39,001 nt of DNA from a virus (Duplodnaviria > Caudoviricetes): positions 1-39,001 of IMG/VR virus record IMGVR_UViG_3300004210_000005. One strand, 5' to 3'. The notes beneath the pieces are model-generated. The model saw nothing but the letters and a program-made list of their open reading frames with translations. It was not told the DNA's origin and did not search any database. The translations under genes and the position numbers were made by a program. Positions 8,995 through 18,088 of this stretch are shown piece after piece. Position 1 is the first letter of the stretch; each line of letters starts with the position of its first letter.

Positions 8995-10485
8995 ATGGGA
9001 AAAACAGCTTTGAAAGAGAGCGAAGTTTCGGTTGTTGTAAAGGATGTTCTTAAGAGATACACTCTTAATTTTACTGACATCATCAATAACAATAACAAAT
9101 ATTACAATCTGGAGATTCAAGAATCTAAAGATGGTAAGTTTTACCTATACACTCAGTATGGGCGCGTTGGCGGAACTGCTGCTAAAGAATATCGTATTTG
9201 CTCTGGGCAGGCTGACGCAGAATCTGAAGCGCAAAAGATTATCAAATCAAAATTGAAGAAGGGCTACGTTGAAGTTAAATTAGTTCAAGCGACTGTTGGT
9301 TCTGATGTAGCACGATCAAAAATTGAAACTTCTCAAGTATCTGTTGAAGATCTGAAAAAAATTGGCGTTAAGGTTGCCGAAGATGCCGCACTTAGTAAGT
9401 TGCACCCGCAAGTTAGCGATTTGATTCGTACTTGGTTCGGTGTTACCGCCGAATTCGTTGAAATGAATCTTGATACAAAGAAGTGTCCTCTTGGTCAATT
9501 ATCTGCTGACTCTATCATCAAAGGTCGTGATATCCTTGAAGAAGCAAGAAAGATCATTCACGCCAGTAAAAAGGACGTGGCAGAATTAAATAGATTGACA
9601 AATCTATACTATTCCAACATTCCTCACAATTTTGGATATACAAGAATTAATGCCGATGTTTTGCGCCTGGATGATGACTTTAAGATTGATAAGGCATTTG
9701 ATATTCTTGATGTCTTTTCTAACGCAAAAGACGTTGAAAAGGTTATTTCTAAGAAGAGCAATGTTGATTCTCAGTATGATACTTTGCATGCCGATCTTCA
9801 ATTCATTGATCCGTCTGAGCCAACTTGGAAGTGGATTGATGCTATGTTGAATAAAACAAAAGCACATAATCATCATTTCTTGGGCAATTTAAAGACTCAT
9901 AAGATTTTTAAAGTTGCTCGTCACAATGAAGAAAAGAACATGCTTGCTGCGGCAGAAGATATTGCGAGAGCGTGTGGCAAGTCGCAACCTTCACAAGCAT
10001 ATGCGTCTCTAGTAAAAGAACGCCCTGATGTTCCAAAGGAGTTGCGCAATCTATATGAAAAAGCAAATATCCTTCCAGGCTGGCACGGAACTCGTAGAGC
10101 GAACATGATCGGTATTACAACCAAGGGTCTTTTGATTCGTCCTTCTGGTGTTGTTCATGCTGGTTCGATGTATGGTGACGGTATTTATTGGGCAACTCAA
10201 TCCACTAAGTCTATCAACTATTGCGATGTTAAGGGCTCTTATTGGGCTCAAGGGACCAATAAGACTGCGTACCTATTCTTGGCAGATGTTGCTTATGGCA
10301 ATTACAAAATGGCAAACGGAGCACACTTCTATTCTAAGAAATCTATTTCTCCTAGTCATAGTGTATTTGCACAGGGCGGAAAATCTGGAGTTATTAATGA
10401 CGAGATTATTACATATACTCCTTCTGGTCCCGGTCAACAACACTGTTTGCGTTACATCATTGAATTCGAAACACAAGTTAGATAA
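8995..10485 (+). CDS. poly(ADP-ribose) polymerase: WGR + regulatory + catalytic domains
   Basis: NNNKYY..QYGRVG (WGR), PLGQLS and YYSNIPH (helical domain), WHGT / GSMYGDGIYWA / NDEIITY (H-Y-E triad). Confidence 0.92.
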   Translation: MGKTALKESEVSVVVKDVLKRYTLNFTDIINNNNKYYNLEIQESKDGKFYLYTQYGRVGGTAAKEYRICSGQADAESEAQKIIKSKLKKGYVEVKLVQATVGSDVARSKIETSQVSVEDLKKIGVKVAEDAALSKLHPQVSDLIRTWFGVTAEFVEMNLDTKKCPLGQLSADSIIKGRDILEEARKIIHASKKDVAELNRLTNLYYSNIPHNFGYTRINADVLRLDDDFKIDKAFDILDVFSNAKDVEKVISKKSNVDSQYDTLHADLQFIDPSEPTWKWIDAMLNKTKAHNHHFLGNLKTHKIFKVARHNEEKNMLAAAEDIARACGKSQPSQAYASLVKERPDVPKELRNLYEKANILPGWHGTRRANMIGITTKGLLIRPSGVVHAGSMYGDGIYWATQSTKSINYCDVKGSYWAQGTNKTAYLFLADVAYGNYKMANGAHFYSKKSISPSHSVFAQGGKSGVINDEIITYTPSGPGQQHCLRYIIEFETQVR

Positions 10486-10497
10486 TGTGGTGTAATC

Positions 10498-10980
10498 ATG
10501 TTTTATCATGTTTCATTGCAGAAAGAAACTTTAGAAGTGGGTGATGTAAAATTATTTACACCAAGAATTCCCATAAATGGATATCTTGATGAAACGGGAA
10601 AAACTATTGAGGATTATATCACGCCAAGAGTTTGTTTAAGTCCAACTATATTTGGTTGTCTAGTTGCAAGTAATGGGTGTGATAGCCCAGCGTCATTATA
10701 CTTAGATTATATTTCTACTATATCTATATTCGCAACGAATGATATACCAAATATCTTAAGACCAAGGCAGGTTAAGAAGAAAGTTCCTGACAAATATAAA
10801 GGCATCGTACCTGATTGTCATGTAACACATGAAGTCTGGTCTCTAGACCCAATCAATCTAACACTCATACATAAATATAATTGGACCACAAGTCTTAAAG
10901 ATAAAGCATATAGATCTTTTATGATTTCTGTGTGGAAGGACGAGTATAATCGATATATGCCAAAGAGATATAGAATATGA
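10498..10980 (+). CDS. hypothetical protein, possible ADP-ribosyltransferase-fold
   Basis: YHVS...PRIP...RVCLSPT...HEVW pattern resembles the three ART core strands. Confidence 0.5.
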   Translation: MFYHVSLQKETLEVGDVKLFTPRIPINGYLDETGKTIEDYITPRVCLSPTIFGCLVASNGCDSPASLYLDYISTISIFATNDIPNILRPRQVKKKVPDKYKGIVPDCHVTHEVWSLDPINLTLIHKYNWTTSLKDKAYRSFMISVWKDEYNRYMPKRYRI

Positions 10981-11450
10981 ATATATTTGTGCTAGATAAT
11001 GATATTGAACTGTGCGCGCAATATCATGTTGATAAGCATGTGGTGAAGATGATTTTGGAAACAACGCAATTATTGAATAATGCGTTTGTAAAACATAATC
11101 CAATGTCAAGTCCTATTTACAGACCAACACATGTAAATCATCCTTGTTCTATTTGGGCGTCCAAGACAAAATCAAATTTTATTTGGCTAAATAATCTTGG
11201 TTTGTCATTATGTAAAGAATATTCTTATAGGTATGGTAAGATTCATAAGTGTCAAGAGATATTAGAGCGTTTTGCTAAGAAGGACTTCCTTCTTCCAGAT
11301 GGTGAATTAACCGAATTTGCAAAATGTATGCCAGACGAGTTTAAATCTGATAATGTTGTTTTCTCATATAGAAAGTATTATATGGGTGCTAAGCAATCAT
11401 TTGCTAGCTGGAAGAATAGACCGATACCTGAGTGGTGGAGTGTAATATGA
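10977..11450 (+). CDS. pyrimidine-dimer DNA glycosylase/DenV-superfamily-like protein
   Basis: MNIFVLD..CAQYHVDKHVVKMILE..QLL and YRPTHVNHPC..W family motifs. Confidence 0.75.
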   Translation: MNIFVLDNDIELCAQYHVDKHVVKMILETTQLLNNAFVKHNPMSSPIYRPTHVNHPCSIWASKTKSNFIWLNNLGLSLCKEYSYRYGKIHKCQEILERFAKKDFLLPDGELTEFAKCMPDEFKSDNVVFSYRKYYMGAKQSFASWKNRPIPEWWSVI

Positions 11451-11929
11451 TAGATATTGTTACTGGTAGTATATTTGATTCTAAAGAAAAGTATTTGTGC
11501 CATCAGTGTAATTGTATTACAAAACGCTCGGCGCATTTGGCTCAAACAGTATTTGAGCATTATCCATATGCTGATGTATATGCTGCCAGAACTGAACCAG
11601 ATAAACCAGGCACAATTATTGTTAGAGGCAATGGAGAAGACCAAAGATTTGTAATAGCTTTGTTAGGGCAATATTATCCTGGCAAACCAAAATATCCAAA
11701 TTCAACTTTGGATGGAACAAAAGTTAGAGAAAAGTTTTTTCATAAAGCCCTAATGGCTGTTGCTCGCATTCCTGATTTAGAAAGCGTTGCTTTTCCGTGG
11801 CGTGTAGGCTGCGGAGCTGCTGGAGGAAATTGGGAATATTATCTTGGCACCATAACGAATTTCTCAAGATATATTGAGAAAACGCAAGGCGCAAAGGTAA
11901 TAATTTATAGACTTGAAGGAGAAGAATAA
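11447..11929 (+). CDS. macrodomain ADP-ribosyl hydrolase (TARG1/DarG/Poa1p-like)
   Basis: GSIF..HQCNC..LA..F..YP and AFPWRVGCGAAGGNW; ATG 11447 (ATGA overlap) preferred start. Confidence 0.85.
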   Translation: MIDIVTGSIFDSKEKYLCHQCNCITKRSAHLAQTVFEHYPYADVYAARTEPDKPGTIIVRGNGEDQRFVIALLGQYYPGKPKYPNSTLDGTKVREKFFHKALMAVARIPDLESVAFPWRVGCGAAGGNWEYYLGTITNFSRYIEKTQGAKVIIYRLEGEE

Positions 11930-12222
11930 TGTTAACAGATCTATTAAAGAATTTAAGTAAAGCAGTTTCGTATGCGTATCGTAAGGATGCAACCTGTCCT
12001 GGAGTGTTAGTTTCCACATTAAAAGATGGAAGTATTTATTCTTCTGTTGTTAGATATGGTACTGGAGATGGATTCAAGAATGGCAAGAAAGTTGTCTGTA
12101 AAAGCGTTGCCACTGATGTGGAAACTGCCATATCAGATCTATCTGATTTGTTTTTGGATCATCTAGGAGACGCTGAGCTTAATCCTATTGAAGTTTTGCG
12201 CAGCGCTAGAAAAGTAAAGTAA
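11929..12222 (+). CDS. hypothetical protein
   Basis: ORF coupled (TAATG) with AGGAG SD. Confidence 0.65.
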   Translation: MLTDLLKNLSKAVSYAYRKDATCPGVLVSTLKDGSIYSSVVRYGTGDGFKNGKKVVCKSVATDVETAISDLSDLFLDHLGDAELNPIEVLRSARKVK

Positions 12223-12224
12223 TT

Positions 12225-12656
12225 ATGACTATAAAATTTTACAAAACAAAAGACCCTTATGGGTATATGAGTAATTTCTATAGATCAAGAATGTTTATTG
12301 GTGGTAAATGGTGGAATACAATTGAGCACTATTATCAGGCAATGAAAACTGATTTTGCTGATGAACGAGAAATGGTTCGTACTGCCAAGACTCCTCGTAT
12401 AGCTAGAGATATTGGTCAAACGGTAACTATGCGTAAGAATTTTGATGATGATAAATATCTAATCATGAAGGCTGCCGTTTTAGCTAAGTTTTTACAACAC
12501 CCAGAACTTAGAGAGCAATTGCTTTCTACTAATGATGAAGTGCTGATTGAAGACTCTCCAGTAGATTATTATTGGGGATGTGGTGCCGATGGTTCTGGCA
12601 AGAATATGTTGGGCAAGGTGTTGATGGAAATTAGGTCGGAGTTTCGTCATGACTGA
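12225..12656 (+). CDS. NADAR family protein (YbiA-like)
   Basis: MSNFY, EHYYQAMK, KFLQH, LIEDSP.DYYWG, GKNMLGKVLM motifs. Confidence 0.92.
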   Translation: MTIKFYKTKDPYGYMSNFYRSRMFIGGKWWNTIEHYYQAMKTDFADEREMVRTAKTPRIARDIGQTVTMRKNFDDDKYLIMKAAVLAKFLQHPELREQLLSTNDEVLIEDSPVDYYWGCGADGSGKNMLGKVLMEIRSEFRHD

Positions 12657-13044
12657 TCTTAGAAAGAATCCTAGAAAATTCCAGCATTACGATGTTGCTT
12701 TCGATAAAGATGGTAATTTAATGGAAACGTATTGGGAGCCGCCCGATCCATCAAAACCGCCGCCTTCATGGACAACGGGTCCAAAAGGTTTAAAATATGA
12801 GCCAAATTGTATTTTTTCTGATACATTTGAGTTTGTTAGGTGTTATCCTACAAAGGGATCTGCTCATTTTTTATTTAGGTCACTAAATACTGGACGTAAA
12901 TATTCTATGTTTCTGTCTGATTTCGAAGATGTGATGAAGGGGAAACGACTTATTGATGGTCATAAATTGCAAGGAGAGTTTACTTTTTGTAAGCGAGGAA
13001 TCTCTCAAGGTGTGCGAATGATTATCGAAGACCAAGATCCGTGA
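12649..13044 (+). CDS. hypothetical protein
   Basis: ORF with GGAG SD overlapping the NADAR end. Confidence 0.65.
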   Translation: MTDLRKNPRKFQHYDVAFDKDGNLMETYWEPPDPSKPPPSWTTGPKGLKYEPNCIFSDTFEFVRCYPTKGSAHFLFRSLNTGRKYSMFLSDFEDVMKGKRLIDGHKLQGEFTFCKRGISQGVRMIIEDQDP

Positions 13045-13064
13045 TTTTTAAAAAATGTCCGCCC

Positions 13065-13092
13065 TTGCGCGTCAATTTTTACGACATACATT
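13065..13092 (+). promoter_or_regulatory. sigma70-like promoter, possibly giving a leaderless mRNA
   Basis: TTGCGC-N16-TACATT; ATG 6 nt downstream and no SD. Confidence 0.45.
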
Positions 13093-13098
13093 GTTGAC

Positions 13099-13608
13099 AT
13101 GAGAGCGGCACGATTTGTTATGCGGGGGTTGTTTGATCTTGGTAAACCAATAAAATGTAGAAGTGGTTGGTTGTGGGAATTAGAAAATGAACCAAGTAGA
13201 ATCTTGAAAGTAACTCAGGATCCAGATCCTGCCTTTCTTAAAAGATTTAATAAGATATTGTCATATTTACAGCGGATAGATAGCCCGTCTGTAGTTAAGG
13301 TTCATGAATTTGGGGTTGCTAAGAAAAATGGGGCTCGCTGTCAGATACCTTTCCATTATCATGTAATGGAAAAACTTAATCCTTTGCCAAAAGGATCTTA
13401 TGTTCCTCATGAGATGTTTACAGAGTTGCTTTCCTATTATTATCGTAGCAGGCAAACAATTCCCTTTTTTCTATCTGACAATATGATAAACTTCATAAAG
13501 GATTTGAAGAAACTTAAATATAAGTATTGCGATTTGCATTACGATAACATAATGCAAAATGAAGTTGGAAAATTCAAGATAATAGATTTAGAGGCTTTTT
13601 TAGGCTAA
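13099..13608 (+). CDS. minimal protein kinase-like fold protein
   Basis: ILKV, VMEKL, DLHYDNIM (catalytic loop), IIDLE (DFG equivalent). Confidence 0.75.
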   Translation: MRAARFVMRGLFDLGKPIKCRSGWLWELENEPSRILKVTQDPDPAFLKRFNKILSYLQRIDSPSVVKVHEFGVAKKNGARCQIPFHYHVMEKLNPLPKGSYVPHEMFTELLSYYYRSRQTIPFFLSDNMINFIKDLKKLKYKYCDLHYDNIMQNEVGKFKIIDLEAFLG

Positions 13609-13621
13609 AGGAGAACGGAAA

Positions 13622-14149
13622 ATGTGTGATAGCAAGCTAAAGAGTGTGATTGATTCGGTTGTTTCTGATTTCGTTAATAGCGGGGTTTTGTTTACCGCTC
13701 TTGATGTGAGTAATAAGGTTAAGGAGACTGTGCCTTTTGCCCGTCATCGTGAAGTGAGAGATGAAGTTCGTCAGGCGTGGTTGAATGATATTGAGCCGCA
13801 TGGATATGGGCGCTCACCAATTACTGTGAATCTTTCTGATGGATCTACAGCAGACGCACTACTATACCATCCCCTTGCAGACTCTTGGGATTTGGATAAT
13901 AAATATGATGCGCAACAACGAGCCAAGACTGCGGCACGACCTGTAACAGCGGCACCAGCGACGGTTACAGTTGGCACTAACAGTGTTAGCGTTTCAGATA
14001 GCGGCACTATTGTTACGGCTCCTGCGACTACTCCAGCGCCTGCACCAGTTGTTCCCGCACCAGTTGTGGCTATTCCGGCACCAATGAATGCTAAGGATTT
14101 GTGGAATAACCTATTTCAAGTTCAACCATCTTTGTTTCCACGCAGATAA
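13622..14149 (+). CDS. hypothetical protein with Pro/Ala/Thr-rich linker and C-terminal QPSLF
   Basis: AAGGAG SD; low-complexity linker. Confidence 0.75.
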   Translation: MCDSKLKSVIDSVVSDFVNSGVLFTALDVSNKVKETVPFARHREVRDEVRQAWLNDIEPHGYGRSPITVNLSDGSTADALLYHPLADSWDLDNKYDAQQRAKTAARPVTAAPATVTVGTNSVSVSDSGTIVTAPATTPAPAPVVPAPVVAIPAPMNAKDLWNNLFQVQPSLFPRR

Positions 14150-14158
14150 AGGTCAACT

Positions 14159-14839
14159 ATGAGCGCAGCGTATATTGTATTATCTATTGGCGATGACTTG
14201 CGTGATTTTGAAATAGAATGTCACGCAGGATTCATGAAAGCCAATGAAAGGGCATTGGAAATTGCTAAATGTAGATGCCCTCATATTCCCCCTACAATAA
14301 ATCCTCAAGAGGAGAAGATTGATGATGGAATAGTCTGGACGTATATTAGTACTTTAAGTAATTACGTTGCGGTTATATTCCAATATATTCAATCTCCACA
14401 AAAACCAAAAGGTTTTGTCAAGTACGGGGATGAAGATATATTGAATAAATCAACTAGTCCAATGGCATATCCTTGTTTTATAGCCGATGGATATCACCAC
14501 GGCAAACAGGCACCACCACTTCCCGATGATCCTGCTAACAGAGACCTTCCTGGTGGATGGGACTATAATGGTAAGCCAATTACTATGGCTACTGTTATTG
14601 ATGATCCGTATTGTGTTTATGACCATAGGCTATTAAACTTAGAACAAAAACGAGCATTAGTAATTGCTAGGGCTAGAAAACGACCAAGACTATCTGTCAA
14701 TATTCCGGGAATCGGAACCTTTTTACAAAATGTAGTGTTAGTGGAATTAAACAATCATAGTGTAATTGGCGACTTAATTATTGATGCAGAAATCAATTGG
14801 TTGGATGATTTCTTGGGAGAGTTAAAAAGCAAAAATTAA
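14159..14839 (+). CDS. hypothetical protein
   Basis: 226-aa ORF with AAGGT SD. Confidence 0.65.
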   Translation: MSAAYIVLSIGDDLRDFEIECHAGFMKANERALEIAKCRCPHIPPTINPQEEKIDDGIVWTYISTLSNYVAVIFQYIQSPQKPKGFVKYGDEDILNKSTSPMAYPCFIADGYHHGKQAPPLPDDPANRDLPGGWDYNGKPITMATVIDDPYCVYDHRLLNLEQKRALVIARARKRPRLSVNIPGIGTFLQNVVLVELNNHSVIGDLIIDAEINWLDDFLGELKSKN

Positions 14840-15531
14840 CGACTAGCTTCTTCGAACCAATATTCAAAATCTAATATCATTTTTAGTCCGCGAAGTTTTA
14901 ATCCGCGCATCAAAGAACCAGATCTATTTCCCCCAAATCCCATTTCGCGGTTATAGGAGAGTATATCTGCATAAGATTCATAATAAATCTTTTCGATATT
15001 ATCTTTGTTTGTAGAGGATTTTTTGTTCTTTGTCTGATTAAAAAGAACCAAGTTTGGTGGAGGGGCTTCTTTTAATAACTGTATTACTTTACCATAAAAA
15101 CTGTATGGAGAGACATGTGCCTCTGCCATTCTTAATTCATGGAATTTCATACCAAAATATCGCATAAACATTGTCTCTTTGGGTCTTTTTTCAAAATACT
15201 TGATTGTTTTCAATGATTGATAATCAGACTCTAGTCCTAGTTCAATAGAAAGCGCATGTTGATCAACTTTGGTAGCTAATTCTGATTCTTGTGGAGTTGG
15301 CTGTGGACCAGCTCCGGTCATTGCCGGATTAGAAGTTATTGGATTTTGTTGTTGCTGTTGGTGAAACCTTCGAGCCATTTCTTCTAATTCTGGAGATAAT
15401 TCTACCATTTCATCGCGCTTTGGCGCCGGGGCTTGAGTAACAGGCTCGTTACCAGGATTAGTCTGATTTTTAAAATCAGCTAACTTAATAATAAATCTAT
15501 CTGCTAAAGCCATTATGGTGTTATAGGTCAT
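14836..15531 (-). CDS. hypothetical protein (counter-oriented)
   Basis: 231-aa ORF filling the gap between + strand genes. Confidence 0.7.
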   Translation of the reverse strand: MTYNTIMALADRFIIKLADFKNQTNPGNEPVTQAPAPKRDEMVELSPELEEMARRFHQQQQQNPITSNPAMTGAGPQPTPQESELATKVDQHALSIELGLESDYQSLKTIKYFEKRPKETMFMRYFGMKFHELRMAEAHVSPYSFYGKVIQLLKEAPPPNLVLFNQTKNKKSSTNKDNIEKIYYESYADILSYNREMGFGGNRSGSLMRGLKLRGLKMILDFEYWFEEASR

Positions 15532-15608
15532 TTTAATCCCGCTATGTTATACATATTAATATGAGAATATTGAATACTACCTAGATTCACTTTAGATAAA
15601 AATACATT

Positions 15609-15818
15609 ATGACAACTTTTTTCGACGCAAACCAAGTTCGCTTGATATTAAAAATGAAATTATCTAATTATTCTTGGTATAATGATTGTCATGTGGTAAC
15701 ATCTAATGATTATTCAGATTATATAGTACTAGTTGGCGTAAAGAGAATAGATGCAAAAATTAGAAAAATAGTCACTAATCGTATGAGAAATGTGATTATA
15801 AAGTTGAAAGTGGATTAA
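15609..15818 (+). CDS. hypothetical protein
   Basis: 69-aa ORF in gene run. Confidence 0.55.
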   Translation: MTTFFDANQVRLILKMKLSNYSWYNDCHVVTSNDYSDYIVLVGVKRIDAKIRKIVTNRMRNVIIKLKVD

Positions 15819-15820
15819 TT

Positions 15821-16543
15821 ATGCCTATAAAAATACAAAGGGTATCTGATAAAGTATCAAGGAAATATAGAATGAGAATCTGCCATGTTTCTGACACACA
15901 CGGAGGGTTTCCAAAATTATTGGGACCTTTTGATGTAGTGGTTCATTCTGGGGATTTTTTCCCTAATTCAATTGCCGTAATGAACAGAAACGTTACACAA
16001 GAGATGGCTTTCCAATTAGATTGGTTAAGCCAACGACTTCATAATATAAAACAGTGGTTACAAGACCGCCCGTTTCTTTTCATACTTGGTAACCATGATT
16101 TCTTACATCCGCAACTAATGGCACAAACTCTCGGCTCTTATGGGATAAAAGCTGTTAACTTGACTGATCAAAGAGTTGAGTTCGGCGGGGTCGGTTTTTA
16201 TGGATTTCCATATGTTCCAACAATAGATGGAATGTGGAATTATGAAAGAGAGCTTCCAGAAATGGAGGTGGAAGTTGACAGGATGGTTAAAGAGATAAAT
16301 ACAAATTATGTAGACGTAATGGTTACACACGCGCCAGTATATCAGACTCTAGATTTAACCAGGGGTAATGCTGTAATTGGTAGCACCGTTCTAGCAAATG
16401 CCTTAGATTATAAGATAAGTAAAGATATGAAGCCAACTCATTTGCTGTGTGGTCATTGTCATGAAGCTAATGGTGTTGCAATTCGCGGGGACGTGTTAAT
16501 ATCTAATGCAGCCACCACGTTTCATACGGTAGAAATAAAATGA
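15821..16543 (+). CDS. calcineurin-like metallophosphoesterase
   Basis: SDTH, HSGD, GNHD, THAP, CGHCHE; true start may be ATG 15872. Confidence 0.9.
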   Translation: MPIKIQRVSDKVSRKYRMRICHVSDTHGGFPKLLGPFDVVVHSGDFFPNSIAVMNRNVTQEMAFQLDWLSQRLHNIKQWLQDRPFLFILGNHDFLHPQLMAQTLGSYGIKAVNLTDQRVEFGGVGFYGFPYVPTIDGMWNYERELPEMEVEVDRMVKEINTNYVDVMVTHAPVYQTLDLTRGNAVIGSTVLANALDYKISKDMKPTHLLCGHCHEANGVAIRGDVLISNAATTFHTVEIK

Positions 16544-16851
16544 ATATTAAACCAAAAGACATCAAAGTAAATTTGCCAATAGTGTTGGGGTTTGAGGATT
16601 ATCAAGAGATTCCTGCATTTGCGGCAGCTATAAATACTATCATTCATGGTAAGGTCAAGGTTAAGTGTGAAGACTTAGGAATGCTTGGGTGGCAACACAT
16701 GGGGATTTTTTATCTTCAACGCAATTTAGAATTCACAGAATTACGTGAACAGTTTGTTGATATGATTGACAGAGAGGTAATGTCTGCCGAGGCTGCATGT
16801 GGTACGGATGGCAAAGAATATCAAGAAGAACATTATGGCAGAAATAAATAA
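16540..16851 (+). CDS. hypothetical protein
   Basis: ATGA-coupled ORF. Confidence 0.65.
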   Translation: MNIKPKDIKVNLPIVLGFEDYQEIPAFAAAINTIIHGKVKVKCEDLGMLGWQHMGIFYLQRNLEFTELREQFVDMIDREVMSAEAACGTDGKEYQEEHYGRNK

Positions 16852-17071
16852 TCCATATCTTACCAAAAAGCAAATGCAAAAATTGCCGACTCATAGGTTG
16901 CTAGCTTATAAACGCAAACATTTGTCATACAACACTTACGCATTTTGCGGATTATGTGATGGTCCTTGCGCCAGAAATGCCGTAAAATATGCGAAAGAAA
17001 TTGCTGAGTGGGAAACTGCTTACAATGATATTAAGGAAATTCTTTCAACAAGAGAACATATAATTCGATGA
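16835..17071 (+). CDS. hypothetical protein
   Basis: ORF with CxxC; in-frame ATG 16835 preferred over GTG 16799. Confidence 0.6.
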   Translation: MAEINNPYLTKKQMQKLPTHRLLAYKRKHLSYNTYAFCGLCDGPCARNAVKYAKEIAEWETAYNDIKEILSTREHIIR

Positions 17072-17313
17072 AGAAAGAAGACATATTAAATCTTGTTGGG
17101 GCTACTTTTGGCAGGTTAACTGTTATAGAAGTAATTCAAATACCATCTAAACATTTTAAGTACACACTTAAATGTCAATGTGAATGTGGCACTATTAAGA
17201 GCTATAAGATTAGTGATTTTAGCAGTGTTCGTTCTTGCGGATGTCTTCGCAAAGAAAAATGGCGTAAAGCATATTATGCTTGGATAAAAGATCAAGATAG
17301 GTTAAATAAATGA
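17068..17313 (+). CDS. small Cys-rich protein resembling the N-terminal domain of phage HNH/AP2 endonucleases
   Basis: LVGATFGRLTV...CQCECG...SCGC; no nuclease domain follows. Confidence 0.65.
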   Translation: MKKEDILNLVGATFGRLTVIEVIQIPSKHFKYTLKCQCECGTIKSYKISDFSSVRSCGCLRKEKWRKAYYAWIKDQDRLNK

Positions 17314-17798
17314 TAGTAGCATTTACTGGGCACAGACCTGATAAATTAGGTGGATATAATTTACCAAACCCCACTTATATTAAGGTTTGCCGGGCTATTG
17401 ACAAACATTTGCGAGAAATCAATCCTAGTAAAGTTATATCTGGAATGGCTCTAGGAACAGATCAGTGGGCAGCTAATATAGCAATTAAATTAGGGATTCC
17501 GCTAATTGCAGCTATTCCGTTTGAAGGACAAGAAAAGAAGTGGCCAGAAAGGTCTCAGAAGGCATACAATTATTTATTGAAGAGGGCAACTGATATTGTT
17601 TATGTTAGTCCCCCAGGATTTTCCACCGTTAAAATGCAATTGAGAAATGAATGGATGGTAGATCAGTGCGATATATTGATCGGTGTGTATAATGGATCTG
17701 CGGGAGGGACTGCGAACTGTATTAAATATGCGGAGTCTCTAAAATTGTTCGATATGGTGCCTGCTAAAAAAATAATTATCATCGACCCAAATAAATAA
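17310..17798 (+). CDS. YspA/DUF1273 SLOG family protein
   Basis: AFTGHRP, ISGMALGTDQWAA, RNEWMVD, GGTANC. Confidence 0.88.
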   Translation: MIVAFTGHRPDKLGGYNLPNPTYIKVCRAIDKHLREINPSKVISGMALGTDQWAANIAIKLGIPLIAAIPFEGQEKKWPERSQKAYNYLLKRATDIVYVSPPGFSTVKMQLRNEWMVDQCDILIGVYNGSAGGTANCIKYAESLKLFDMVPAKKIIIIDPNK

Positions 17799-17810
17799 AA
17801 TAGGAGGGTG

Positions 17811-17838
17811 TTGACAAACAAAAATCACGATTTACATT
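17811..17838 (+). promoter_or_regulatory. sigma70-like promoter of the tRNA array
   Basis: TTGACA-N16-TACATT. Confidence 0.55.
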
Positions 17839-17895
17839 ATGGGTAGGCGAGAAAATAAAGTTCTCGATATATTACTAGTAAGACATACTAATATT

Positions 17896-17982
17896 GGGCG
17901 TGTGGCGGAATGGCAGACGCAGAAGTCTCAAAAACTTCCGGGGGTAATCCCCGTGTGGGTTCGAGTCCCACCATGCCCACCA
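17896..17982 (+). tRNA. tRNA-Leu(CAA)
   Basis: acceptor gggcgtg/catgccc, anticodon arm gaagt-ctCAAaa-acttc, long variable arm, GTTCGA, ACCA. Confidence 0.93.
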
Positions 17983-17987
17983 AATAA

Positions 17988-18071
17988 GCTTAAGTGATGT
18001 AACTGGTAAACTTGCAAGTCTCAGAAACTTGTGCTCGAAAGGGCGTAGGGGTTCGAATCCCCTCTTAAGCA
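17988..18071 (+). tRNA. tRNA-Leu(CAG)
   Basis: gcttaag/cttaagc, caagt-ctCAGaa-acttg, GTTCGAA; CCA not encoded (followed by cta). Confidence 0.88.
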
Positions 18072-18088
18072 CTATGATAATTTAATAT

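Noticed and set aside
13570-13608. Kinase C-terminus IIDLEAFLG as an eighth LxxFx tag
   Set aside because: Register is off by one (F at -3) and the segment is the kinase's DFG-equivalent motif
17068-17313. Intact HNH homing endonuclease
   Set aside because: Only the Cys-rich N-terminal module is present; no HNH catalytic motif
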